Assembly: GCA_964438735.1 (NCBI GenBank)
Contig: CAYTLW010000014.1
Coordinates: 19,635 to 83,634, forward strand
Reading direction: 5' to 3'
Origin: an uncultured Enterobacteriaceae bacterium
GTDB taxonomy: Bacteria; Myxococcota_A; UBA9042
Length of the DNA stretch: 64,000 bases
The notes beneath the pieces were generated by a model, which ran no database searches, was not told where the DNA came from, and was given only the letters and a program-made list of their open reading frames with translations. Below are positions 30,040-40,307 of the stretch, piece after piece. Position 1 is the first letter of the stretch; every line of letters begins with the position of its first letter. A program made the translations under genes and the position numbers.

Positions 30040-31998
30040 ATGAACCGTTCGACGCTCATCATGTTGGTGCTCTTCGTCGTGCTGCTCGGTGCCTGGTTGA
30101 TCTCCCAGCGGCCGGCGACGAGCGAAGGTCCGCCGCCCCTGGCTGTGGAGGGCTTCGTCGAGGGGGTCTCGTTCCAGGACATCAAGATCCTGAACAAGGA
30201 CGAGGACTCGCCATATACGAAGTTCATCGTGGAGCGGCAGGGCAGCAAGGTGGTCATGGAGCTGCAGCCGGGGCAGGAGAAGGTCAAAGCTGGCGAAAAG
30301 AAGTGGAAGGCCGTGCACACCGACGCCGACGGGGAAAAACTCGAGACCTGGGGCCAGGCCTACCGGGTGCGCCTGTGGAACCAGGCGCTGGCGTTGAGCT
30401 TCCGCTCCTCCTATTCCTTCGAAGCCACCGACGCCGAGCTCGCCGAGTACGGCCTGGCGCCGGACAATGCCGTGACGTTCATCGCCGAGGGCGCCGGACG
30501 CACGGTCAAGCTCACGGTCGGCAAGGTCGACAAGACCGGCGAGGGCGACACCGACGCCACCACCTGGGTCATGAACCCGGAGGTGCCCAAGGTGGTCTAT
30601 CAGGTGGCCGGACGCGACCTGCGCACCGAGTTGGCAGCGCCGTGGAAGGACATTCGCGAGCGCAAGCTCTTCGAGTGGAAGCTGCCCGAGGTCGACCGCA
30701 TCGAGCTGGTCAATCCCAAAGATACGCGCACCGCCAAGGTCGTCATGACCCGGCCGCCGCTGACCGCGGAGCAGAAGAAGAAGCTGGCCGAGGGCCCCAA
30801 AGACAAGGACGCCAAGGACGCCAAAGACCCCAAGGACCCCAAGGCCGACAAGGATGACAAGGAGATCCGCAAGGCCAGCGAGGGCTGGATGATCGCCGAG
30901 CCGACCGGCTATCCGCCCGGCGATATCGGCGACTGGCTGGAGTCCCTGGAGCGCATGCAGGCGACGGATTACAGGCCCTTCAAGGATGGCAAGCTGCCGC
31001 CGGATTCAGGGCTGGGCAAAGACAAGGGCGTGCGCGTGACCGTGAGCGGCGGCGGCAAGAGCGACACCTTCATCATCGGCGGCAAAGGCGACAACAAGGA
31101 CGGCGACGTCTGGGTGCAGGTGGAAGGACGCACAGAACTCTACCTGGTCGCCTCCTGGTCGACCGATCAGTGCATCAAGAGCCTGGATGGGGTGCGCGAT
31201 CTACGGCTGCTGGGTGCAGGCAAGTCGTCCAAGTCCAGCTACCTGATCGCCAACGGCGTCAAGGGAAGCCTGAAGATGACCCGCAAAGACGGCAAGTGGG
31301 ACGCCGGCAAGGCCGAGATCGACGCCAAGAAGATCGACGACTTCTTCAGCGACCTCGACGGCGTCCGGGTCGAGTACGACAGCGCCAGGACGCGCGCCGC
31401 AGCTGGACTGGACAAGCCCGAGTACACCTACGAATTCGAGGTCGAGGGCAAGGCGACTCGCCTACAGGTCGGCGCCAAGCAGGGCGAGGATACCTATGGC
31501 GCGCTTGGCGATGGCGACGTATTCAAGTTCCAGAGTTGGAATGCGGATCGCCTGCGCAAGGGCCCGAATGACTTCGCCGACAAGCACCTGGTCGAGTTCG
31601 ATAAGGGCGAGGTGAAGGGCCTGAGCATCGAGCCGCCGGACGGCAAACCCGTGCCCATGAACAAGGGACCGGATGGCAAATGGCAGGTCACGGGCAAGCC
31701 GGACATCAAGCTCAAGGACCCCGCGCTGGAGGGCATCCTCGCAGCCGTGGTCGAGATCAACTACGACGCCAAGATTCCCAGCCGCAAACTGGCGGAATTC
31801 GGCCTCGACAAAGGCTATCACAGCATCACCTTCAATCTGAACCTGGGTCGCAAGGTGCAAGTTCGCGTTTCCGCAAAGGAACAAGACGGAAAGCCCTACG
31901 TCTCCGTGCATAAACAGGGCAAACTGGTCCAGATTGGCGTGATCGCCTCGATGAATGCCGGATCTCTGAAGAAAACGCTTGATGACTTGAAGGGTTGA
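30040..31998 (+). CDS. DUF4340 multi-domain protein
   Basis: N-terminal TM. Recurring LAEYGL/LPPDSGL/AAAGLDKP/LAEFGLD + 'L.VG' units, in the typical position after gldG. Confidence 0.8.
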   Translation: MNRSTLIMLVLFVVLLGAWLISQRPATSEGPPPLAVEGFVEGVSFQDIKILNKDEDSPYTKFIVERQGSKVVMELQPGQEKVKAGEKKWKAVHTDADGEKLETWGQAYRVRLWNQALALSFRSSYSFEATDAELAEYGLAPDNAVTFIAEGAGRTVKLTVGKVDKTGEGDTDATTWVMNPEVPKVVYQVAGRDLRTELAAPWKDIRERKLFEWKLPEVDRIELVNPKDTRTAKVVMTRPPLTAEQKKKLAEGPKDKDAKDAKDPKDPKADKDDKEIRKASEGWMIAEPTGYPPGDIGDWLESLERMQATDYRPFKDGKLPPDSGLGKDKGVRVTVSGGGKSDTFIIGGKGDNKDGDVWVQVEGRTELYLVASWSTDQCIKSLDGVRDLRLLGAGKSSKSSYLIANGVKGSLKMTRKDGKWDAGKAEIDAKKIDDFFSDLDGVRVEYDSARTRAAAGLDKPEYTYEFEVEGKATRLQVGAKQGEDTYGALGDGDVFKFQSWNADRLRKGPNDFADKHLVEFDKGEVKGLSIEPPDGKPVPMNKGPDGKWQVTGKPDIKLKDPALEGILAAVVEINYDAKIPSRKLAEFGLDKGYHSITFNLNLGRKVQVRVSAKEQDGKPYVSVHKQGKLVQIGVIASMNAGSLKKTLDDLKG

Positions 31999-32347
31999 CG
32001 GCCGAACATGGGGCGTGCGCCAGCACGCAATCGCGCGCCTTGAGGGCTGCATAGCACGGGTCGTTGCCGGCCATTTTTCACACTCAACCTGTTGATACGA
32101 CACCGCTACCTCTCGCGATTGCACAGGTTCAGGCTTGTGTTGGGCGCCGAATCCGATCTATCTTGCTCGGCAAGGGCCGAGACCGACCGCAAGCGCGGCC
32201 AGTTTGGTTCGAACATGTGCGGATTAGCGGAGTTTTTGCCGATTCGCGCCGTGGGCTGGAGCGTTGCGTCCGGCGGGACTTCGACCGATCGAAAGATCGG
32301 GTTCAGGACATCCAAACGACTTTCTTCCCGACAGTGTGGAGTTCAAC

Positions 32348-33184
32348 ATGCGAATGCATTTCGAGACGGGTGAACTGCGCCTGACATGGAGCGCAGACGG
32401 CGGCGCTGTCGTCCAGTTGGGCGGCGCTGCCCAGGCGCTTGATGGGGCGCAGATTCGGGCGCTTTGCGAGGCGCTGGACGTGACAACTCGTCTGTCCGGC
32501 ATCGGCGCGGTGACGGCAGCACCCGCGGTTGCCATCAGCCCTGCCACCAGCCCGGCACCCGTGGCCGTCGAAGCCAAGACGGCGCCACCCGTCGAAGTGC
32601 CCGCCGCAGCCGCGGCACCCGCTGCGCCAGCGACCGGCGCCAGCCCCGCATTTGGCACCAGTCATCGGGACGCCGGCCTGCTCCTGCTCGATGGCGAGGC
32701 CGTCAAGCGCGGCCCCAAAGCGACAGCAGAGCGAGCCGGTCCACGCAAGGGCCGGCGGCGCGGTCGCCCGCCGGGTAAGGGCCGAGCCACCAACAAGTCG
32801 GCCGCCACCGGCACGACGACGCCAGCAGCGGCGGCCAGCCCAAAGACCGCCACACCCAAGCCGCGGGGCCCGCTTCCCGCCGCCAATCGGCGCGGTCGGG
32901 GACGACCGCGCGGCGGCCGAAGCGGACGCAGCCGCAAGCCGATCGTCGACTCCATGGCCACCTGGATGCGCAACAACTCCGGCGCCCACGGCATCGACGC
33001 GCTGGTCAACGCTGCCGAAGATGGCGGTTGGACGGCGGCCAAAGAGGTCGCGCCCGCGATCCGCGCCGCGCTCAGCCGCAACGCTGACCTGTTCGCAAGG
33101 CAGGGCGACGGCAGCTTCGTACTGCGCGCCACCTTGCCGCCGGGCAAGGTCGTGCGCCGTCGCCGTAAGTCCCGAAGCGAATAG
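32348..33184 (+). CDS. putative DNA-binding protein: AT-hook-like RGRP motifs + C-terminal winged-helix (HARE-HTH-like)
   Basis: RRGRPP and RGRGRPR motifs. C-terminal IDALVNAA...AIRAALSRNADLFARQGDGSFVLR. Confidence 0.65.
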   Translation: MRMHFETGELRLTWSADGGAVVQLGGAAQALDGAQIRALCEALDVTTRLSGIGAVTAAPAVAISPATSPAPVAVEAKTAPPVEVPAAAAAPAAPATGASPAFGTSHRDAGLLLLDGEAVKRGPKATAERAGPRKGRRRGRPPGKGRATNKSAATGTTTPAAAASPKTATPKPRGPLPAANRRGRGRPRGGRSGRSRKPIVDSMATWMRNNSGAHGIDALVNAAEDGGWTAAKEVAPAIRAALSRNADLFARQGDGSFVLRATLPPGKVVRRRRKSRSE

Positions 33185-33220
33185 GGCTCACCGCCGTCAG
33201 CGGCGGACCTGCACTGGCAG

Positions 33221-33841
33221 TCAGTCGCCGATTCGTCTGGCGAGGTTGGACGCCCGTGCAGCGAAGACCCATTGCACGATGCGCGCTTCATCGGCCGAAG
33301 CCAGGTCGATGAATTCACAGGCCAGGGCGCCATTGGCCTCACCGCCCTGGCCCCGAACCACACGCGCCAGCGCCCGCACCGGCGCCTCTGCACCGGCCAG
33401 GCCGATCGCGACCTGAATCTCGGCGTCGGGTTCCAACGTCGGGCCACCGACAACGCGAAAGCCAGATGCAGACAAGTCGACCGGCCCGGCGAGCGCGGTC
33501 GCCTCGTCGCCGGGACCCTGAATCGTGATCTCCAGCTGCACACCGGCCCGAACGAACTCACGCCGTTGACCGGCGCCCGGCTCCGATAAGGAGACCAGAT
33601 AGTAGCTCGACGGCATGACCGCTTCAATCCGCATGGGCCAGCGCAACAGGCGATCACCATGTGCGAACAGGACGGTCGCTTCGACGCCGGCGGCAGCGAT
33701 CGGGTCGACGTTGTTGGCGGTACGATCTGCGATGATTCCGCTGCTACCCAGGCGACCGACGGTGGTCACATCGCTGAAGGGAATGCCCTCCACCTGGAAC
33801 AGCACCGTGATCCGGTCACCCGGATTGGGACGGAGCGCCAT
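33221..33841 (-). CDS. PilZ-domain (c-di-GMP-binding) protein
   Basis: QRREFVR (RxxxR) and DLSASG (DxSxxG). Confidence 0.88.
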   Translation of the reverse strand: MALRPNPGDRITVLFQVEGIPFSDVTTVGRLGSSGIIADRTANNVDPIAAAGVEATVLFAHGDRLLRWPMRIEAVMPSSYYLVSLSEPGAGQRREFVRAGVQLEITIQGPGDEATALAGPVDLSASGFRVVGGPTLEPDAEIQVAIGLAGAEAPVRALARVVRGQGGEANGALACEFIDLASADEARIVQWVFAARASNLARRIGD

Positions 33842-33846
33842 CGCCC

Positions 33847-35949
33847 TCAGCTCAACTGACCGCGCAGGCTGCGAACCAGGCGCTTGAGTTCTGCGTTGCG
33901 ACCGCTGCAGGCGTCCAGGCTCTCCTGCATCAATTCCATGCCCTCGGAACGCTCGTCGGCATCGTCACTGCGAATCTGCTCGAACGCGTCGGACAGCTGC
34001 ATGAAGTCGTTTCGGAAGCTCGACACCGCGCCGTTCAGGTCGCCGACCATCTGCGAAAGCTCGGTCAGGTCTGCGCCGCCGGCATCGCCACCGCTGGCCT
34101 GGGCCGCAGTCAGGGACTCTTCGGCGCGGGCAAGCTGACCCTTCAGGGCATCCAACTCGCCGCGAAGGGCGTCTTCAGCGGCGCCATTGTCGCCTGCCGA
34201 ACCGCGTGCATCTGCGGCATCCTTGCGGGCGTCGTCCAGGTCCTTGAGCAGCTTCTTGATGCGCTTCATGTTGGCGCTTTGTGCGGCCTCCAGGTCCTCG
34301 CGATCGGCGTTGGCGGCCTTGAGGTCCTTGCGCGCCTTTTCGAGCTCGGCGGGGTCGGCGGCCGGGGCATCGCTCGCCTCAGCGACCTGCGCCTGCAGCG
34401 CTGTCACTTGATCGCGCAGCTTGGCCAGCTCCGCCGTATCCGCTTCGTTGGACTGACCGGCGGCGGCCTTGGCGGCCTTCAGTTCGCCTTCCAGTTCGGC
34501 GATTCGCGCCACGCTGGCGGCGTCGGCCTCGGCGGACTCTCCGGCGGCGGCTGCTGCCGACTCGGCGGTCTCGGCACGCTTGTTGGCGGCGGCCAGATCA
34601 CCCTGCACCTGGGCCAACTCAGACTTCAGGGAATCGACCTCGGCTTTGGCCGCCTCCACGGCCGCGGCCTGGGCGTCGTAATCCGCCTGCGAGACCGACG
34701 GGCCCTTGGCAGAGGCCTCAGCAGCGGTGGACTTGAGCTGCGCGACCTGGTCCTCGAGCGCCTTGCGACTGGCCTGGGTGGCTTCGTTCTGCGAGCGAAG
34801 CATGCCGGCCAACTCCTCGGCGTTGCGGCGACCTGCGCGGGCTTCCTCGTACTTCTCCTGGGCATGCTCGAGATCGTGCTTGGCGGTATCGAGTTGCGAT
34901 TGGATTTCGGTCAGCGCCGCCTCGTCGACCTGGCCGCCGGCAGGTGCGGCCGCCAGCTGCTCGCGCAGCGAGTCGAGTTCCGTCGCCGACGCCTGCACCT
35001 GCGCCTCGTTTTCTGTGGCCTTGGCCTGGGCTTCGTCCAGCTGGCCCTTGAGCTCGTCGACCTCCGCCAACGCCTTGTCGGCCTCGTCGCGCGCGCTGTC
35101 GGCGTCCTCACAGGCCTTCTCAAACTCTTCGCGCAACTGGCCGACCTCGCCGGCGGCTACGCGCAGCTGCTCGACCTCTGCCTGCAGGGCGTTGAGCTTC
35201 TCTTCGCCGCCAGCGCCGTCTTCCATGCGCTTGCTTAGCGACTCGAGTTCGATCTCCAGGCCCTGAATCTTCGCGTCTCGCTGCTCGAGATCACCGGCCA
35301 GGCGCTCCACATCGCCGCGTAGACTTTCGATCACTTCGGCGTCCGCTTCGGCCAGCGGCGGATCATCCGGCAGCGGCTCGAAGTCGTCCACGTAGTCGTC
35401 CACCTCGGGCTCGTCGAAGTCGGCCATCGGCGGCGGCGGGATCGGATCGGCGGCCGGCGGAGGTGGGATGTCCGCGCCACCGGGGGGCGGTGGAATGTCG
35501 TCCATAGGGGCCGGCTCTTCCCAGCCGCCCGCATCGGCAAATCGCGTCGCTTCGACGTCTTCGTCGCCGTAGTCGATCACCTCGTCGATGGTGTCCTCAT
35601 AGCCTTCGGGCGCGCCGCCCTGGGCCCGGCGCAGATCTTCTTCGTCCAGATCGAAGCGCATCTCGAAGTTGCCGCACATGAAGAACTCGCCGTCATCGAG
35701 CGAGACCGGATCCTGCGGCGACAGGCGGTTGTTCTGGTAGTACGTGCCGTTGGACGAACCATTGTCCTGCAACCAGTAGCTCTCGCCGTCGAAGAAGACG
35801 CGGGCATGCTGGCGCGAGACGCTCTGGGTAGAGGTCCGGATCCCGCACGATCGATGTCGACCGACCATGACCTCGGGATTGTCCTCACCGACGACCATCT
35901 CAAGAGGTTCACCACTGTCACCGATGTAGCTGATGCGTGCCACAGGCAT
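33847..35949 (-). CDS. FHA-domain protein with long coiled coil
   Basis: VGRHRSC...VSRQHA...LQDNGSSNGTYY FHA motifs, acidic/Pro linker, long heptad-rich region. GGAGG RBS. Confidence 0.9.
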   Translation of the reverse strand: MPVARISYIGDSGEPLEMVVGEDNPEVMVGRHRSCGIRTSTQSVSRQHARVFFDGESYWLQDNGSSNGTYYQNNRLSPQDPVSLDDGEFFMCGNFEMRFDLDEEDLRRAQGGAPEGYEDTIDEVIDYGDEDVEATRFADAGGWEEPAPMDDIPPPPGGADIPPPPAADPIPPPPMADFDEPEVDDYVDDFEPLPDDPPLAEADAEVIESLRGDVERLAGDLEQRDAKIQGLEIELESLSKRMEDGAGGEEKLNALQAEVEQLRVAAGEVGQLREEFEKACEDADSARDEADKALAEVDELKGQLDEAQAKATENEAQVQASATELDSLREQLAAAPAGGQVDEAALTEIQSQLDTAKHDLEHAQEKYEEARAGRRNAEELAGMLRSQNEATQASRKALEDQVAQLKSTAAEASAKGPSVSQADYDAQAAAVEAAKAEVDSLKSELAQVQGDLAAANKRAETAESAAAAAGESAEADAASVARIAELEGELKAAKAAAGQSNEADTAELAKLRDQVTALQAQVAEASDAPAADPAELEKARKDLKAANADREDLEAAQSANMKRIKKLLKDLDDARKDAADARGSAGDNGAAEDALRGELDALKGQLARAEESLTAAQASGGDAGGADLTELSQMVGDLNGAVSSFRNDFMQLSDAFEQIRSDDADERSEGMELMQESLDACSGRNAELKRLVRSLRGQLS

Positions 35950-36155
35950 CCCTCCTGGGCGGCGGCCCTGCCACCGCTGCGGCTCCCTTGACGCTTTCGC
36001 GAGCAGCCGACGACGGCGCATGAACCGGAATTCCGCTCCCGGTCTTGCGTCCGGTGCGCGAAACTAGCAAACGACAGGGCGCCGTTCAATGCCTCGGCAT
36101 GGCCTTGTTTGCAGGTGGTTTTTCGTCCGAGGCCCGGGTTTTTCCTCGCTGGACC

Positions 36156-36183
36156 TTGACAGCATGCCCCCCCAACCTAACTT
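36156..36183 (+). promoter_or_regulatory. candidate dnaK promoter
   Basis: TTGACA-N16-TAACTT, ~135 nt upstream of dnaK. Confidence 0.5.
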
Positions 36184-36318
36184 GCGATTGCGAGGCGGCC
36201 CAGAATAGGCCTGTAATCTCGCATATGTATGGCAAGATCGGGGGCAAATCGCGCCCGCTCGAAGCGCCGCATCCCCAGGCTGGCAGGTCGCCACCGGGCG
36301 ACCCAGCGGGAGACGAAC

Positions 36319-38241
36319 ATGGGAAAGATTATCGGAATCGACCTCGGAACCACCAACTCGGTCGTCGCGGTCATGGAAGGTGGCAAGCCGAAGGTCATCG
36401 CCAACCAGGAAGGCAATCGCACGACACCCTCCGTGGTGGCGTGGAATGACAAGGGAGAGGTCCTTGTCGGGCAGATCGCGCTGCGCCAGGCGGTCGTGAA
36501 TCCGGAGAACACGGTGTTCTCGGCCAAGCGCCTCATCGGTCGCAAGTTCGTCGAGATCGCCGACGATCGCAGCCACCTGCCCTACGAGGTCAAGGCTGCC
36601 GACAATGGCGACGCGCACGTGGAAGTGAGCGGCCGCCTGATGTCGCCGCCCGAGGTCTCCTCGAAGGTGCTGGCCAAACTCAAGGAGGCCGCAGAGGCCT
36701 ACCTGGGTGAGACGGTCACCGAGGCCGTGATCACGGTGCCGGCCTACTTCAATGACTCGCAGCGAAGCGCCACCAAGGACTCCGGACGGATCGCCGGCCT
36801 GGACGTCAAGCGCATCGTCAACGAGCCCACCGCAGCGGCGCTGGCCTACGGGCTGGAGCAGGTTGAGGAGAAGACCATCGCGGTCTTCGATCTCGGCGGC
36901 GGCACGTTCGACATCTCGATCCTCGAGGTCTCGGATAACGTGGTCGAGGTCAAAGCGACCAACGGCGACACCCGCCTGGGCGGCGACGACATCGACGTGG
37001 CCTTGATCCAATTCCTGGTGCGCGAGTTCAAGAAGGACCAGGGAATCGATCTGGGCAACGACAAGATGGCCATGCAGCGCCTGAAGGAGGCCGCCGAGAA
37101 GGCCAAGCGCGAGCTGTCGACGACCACGGAGACCGAGGTCAACCTGGCCTTCATCACCATGGACGCCAGCGGCCCCAAGCACCTGCAGCAGCGAATCTCC
37201 CGGGCCACCCTGGAGCAGCTCTGCGAGGATATCTTCACGCGCATCCACGAGCCCTGCCGCAAGGCATTGGCCGACGCCGGGCGCAATACCAAGCAGATCG
37301 ACGAGGTCCTGTTGGTGGGCGGCTCGACCCGCATCCCGCGCGTGCGCGACATCGTCAAGGAGATCTTCGGCAAGGAGCCCAACCAGTCGGTCAACCCCGA
37401 CGAGGTGGTGGCCCTGGGCGCCGCTGTTCAGGCGGGTGTGCTCGCGGGCGACGTCAAGGACATGCTCCTGCTCGACGTCACGCCCCTGTCGCTGGGTGTG
37501 GAGACCATGGGCGGCATCATGACCGTGCTGGTCAAGCGCAATACGACCATCCCCCACCGCAAGGCCGAGATCTTCTCGACCGCCGAAGATGGCCAGCATG
37601 CGGTCACGATCAAGGTCCTCCAGGGCGAGCGTGAGATGGCCCGCGCCAACAAGTTGCTGGGTCAGTTCAACCTCGAGGGCATCCCGCCGGCGCCGCGCGG
37701 CGTGCCACAGGTCGAGGTCACCTTCGACATCGACGCCAACGGCATCCTGCACGTGTCGGCCAAGGATAAGGCCACGGGCAAGGAGCAGAAGATCACCGTG
37801 CAGGGCGGCAGCGGCCTGAGCGAAGAAGAGGTCCAGGACCTGGTCAAGGAAGCCGAGAAGCACGCCGACGAGGACAAGGCGGCAAAGGAGCGCGCCGAGA
37901 CGCGCAACCAGGCCGACGCCACCGTCTACCAGATGGAGAAGATGCTCACGGAGCATGGCGACAAGCTGCCCGAGGGCGACAAGGGCACGGTGGAAGCCGC
38001 GCTCGAGAAGGCCCGCGAAGCCCTCAAGGGCGATGACGTCGAGGCCATCAAGGCCAGCCAGGAAGAGCTGAAGCAGGCGGCCTACAAGCTGTCCGAGGTC
38101 ATGTACGCCCAGCAGGGCGGCGAGCCCGAGGGTGGCGCGCCCGGCCCCGACGGCCCGACCCCGCCGCCAGCAGGCGACGCCAAGGTCGATGATTCCAAGG
38201 GCGGCGACGACGTCGTCGACGCCGAGTTCGAGGTGAACTAG
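36319..38241 (+). CDS. dnaK: molecular chaperone DnaK
   Basis: [38 protein letters not shown]-terminal DAEFEVN. Confidence 0.99.
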   Translation: MGKIIGIDLGTTNSVVAVMEGGKPKVIANQEGNRTTPSVVAWNDKGEVLVGQIALRQAVVNPENTVFSAKRLIGRKFVEIADDRSHLPYEVKAADNGDAHVEVSGRLMSPPEVSSKVLAKLKEAAEAYLGETVTEAVITVPAYFNDSQRSATKDSGRIAGLDVKRIVNEPTAAALAYGLEQVEEKTIAVFDLGGGTFDISILEVSDNVVEVKATNGDTRLGGDDIDVALIQFLVREFKKDQGIDLGNDKMAMQRLKEAAEKAKRELSTTTETEVNLAFITMDASGPKHLQQRISRATLEQLCEDIFTRIHEPCRKALADAGRNTKQIDEVLLVGGSTRIPRVRDIVKEIFGKEPNQSVNPDEVVALGAAVQAGVLAGDVKDMLLLDVTPLSLGVETMGGIMTVLVKRNTTIPHRKAEIFSTAEDGQHAVTIKVLQGEREMARANKLLGQFNLEGIPPAPRGVPQVEVTFDIDANGILHVSAKDKATGKEQKITVQGGSGLSEEEVQDLVKEAEKHADEDKAAKERAETRNQADATVYQMEKMLTEHGDKLPEGDKGTVEAALEKAREALKGDDVEAIKASQEELKQAAYKLSEVMYAQQGGEPEGGAPGPDGPTPPPAGDAKVDDSKGGDDVVDAEFEVN

Positions 38242-38410
38242 ATGTCCGAGGCGCAAGTGGTGAGCCGGTCAGGGCGGCGAGGTGCAAGCCAGGTGGCTAG
38301 GGCAGACCGAAGGAATAGCCGAGCTATTTCGAGAGGCTGCCGGAGCCGCATGGCGCAGTCAGATCGTCGTCTTGGACGGATTGCCATCTCAGCCGAGGAC
38401 ATCTAGCTTC

Positions 38411-39343
<933 letters not shown>

Positions 39344-39454
39344 CTCTCCCGTTGTCCCAGCGCGTGCACGCTGCCGACCGCGCTTGACAGGGGCGGTCCG
39401 GGGCAGGACATTGCGTGCGCCCAAATCGCGCCGTGCGCGCTTTTCCGGAGCATC

Positions 39455-40288
39455 ATGATGAACAAGATCGCCGTCGCTCTCGCCAGTTTCGTCGCCATCG
39501 CCATGCTGGCGACCGCGGCCCTGGCCGCCGACCCGGTCAAGAAGATCAAGCTCAGCGATCCCGCGGGTGACGACAAGGGGCCGGGAACCTACATCTACCC
39601 GTCCAACTCGGTCTACACCGCCGGCAGCTTCGACCTGCGCGGCCTGCAGGTCATCGACAAGGGCTCCACGATCGAGTTCCGCGTCGAGGTGGGCACCCGG
39701 GTCAAGGATCCCTGGAACTCCAAGGAGTGGGATGGCAACGGCTTCTCGCTCCAATTCGTACAGATCTACATCGACACCGATCACAAGGCGGGCTCGGGCT
39801 TCACCAGCACCCTGCCTGGGCTGGGCAAGCTCAGCCTGGCCGCCGACCAGGCCTGGGATAAGGTCGTACTGATCTCACCGCAGGGTAAGCAGCGCCTCAA
39901 GTCCGAGGTGCGCTACAAGGCCGGCAAGATGGCCAAGGCAGCCGTGATCCCGAAGACGACGCGGGCCCGGGGCAAGAAGTTGATCGCCGTGGTCAAGAAG
40001 TCCGACCTCGGCCAGCCCACCAAGGCCTGGGGACTGCAGGCTGTGATGCAATCCAACGAAGGCTTCCCCAAGGGCAAGGACATCCTCACGCGGCCGGTCA
40101 ACGAGGTTCGCGGCGAGCATCGCTTCGGCGGCGGACACGACACGAGTTGCGATCCGCAGGTGATCGACATCTTCGCCGGCAAGGCTGCCGGCTCGGCCTC
40201 AGAGGTCGCCGCTCAGAAGAGCGCGCTGGCCTGGAAGTGCGGCAGCAAGGTGGCCACCCTGCCGATGATCTACCCGTTCGCTCGCTGA
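39455..40288 (+). CDS. exported glucodextranase-C / DOMON-like domain protein
   Basis: Signal peptide, SDPAGDDKGPGTYIYP...FDL...DPWN...GFSLQ.VQIYID. Confidence 0.85.
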   Translation: MMNKIAVALASFVAIAMLATAALAADPVKKIKLSDPAGDDKGPGTYIYPSNSVYTAGSFDLRGLQVIDKGSTIEFRVEVGTRVKDPWNSKEWDGNGFSLQFVQIYIDTDHKAGSGFTSTLPGLGKLSLAADQAWDKVVLISPQGKQRLKSEVRYKAGKMAKAAVIPKTTRARGKKLIAVVKKSDLGQPTKAWGLQAVMQSNEGFPKGKDILTRPVNEVRGEHRFGGGHDTSCDPQVIDIFAGKAAGSASEVAAQKSALAWKCGSKVATLPMIYPFAR

Positions 40289-40307
40289 CGCGACACCGAG
40301 GGCACCC

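Noticed and set aside
36022-36318. CIRCE or sigma32 heat-shock element before dnaK
   Set aside because: No TTAGCACTC-N9-GAGTGCTAA and no convincing CCCCATNT -10 box.
36064-38256. 730-aa ORF antisense to dnaK
   Set aside because: Antisense ORFs opposite hsp70/dnaK are a well-known by-product of codon bias (often mis-annotated as NAD-glutamate dehydrogenase). There is no independent coding evidence.
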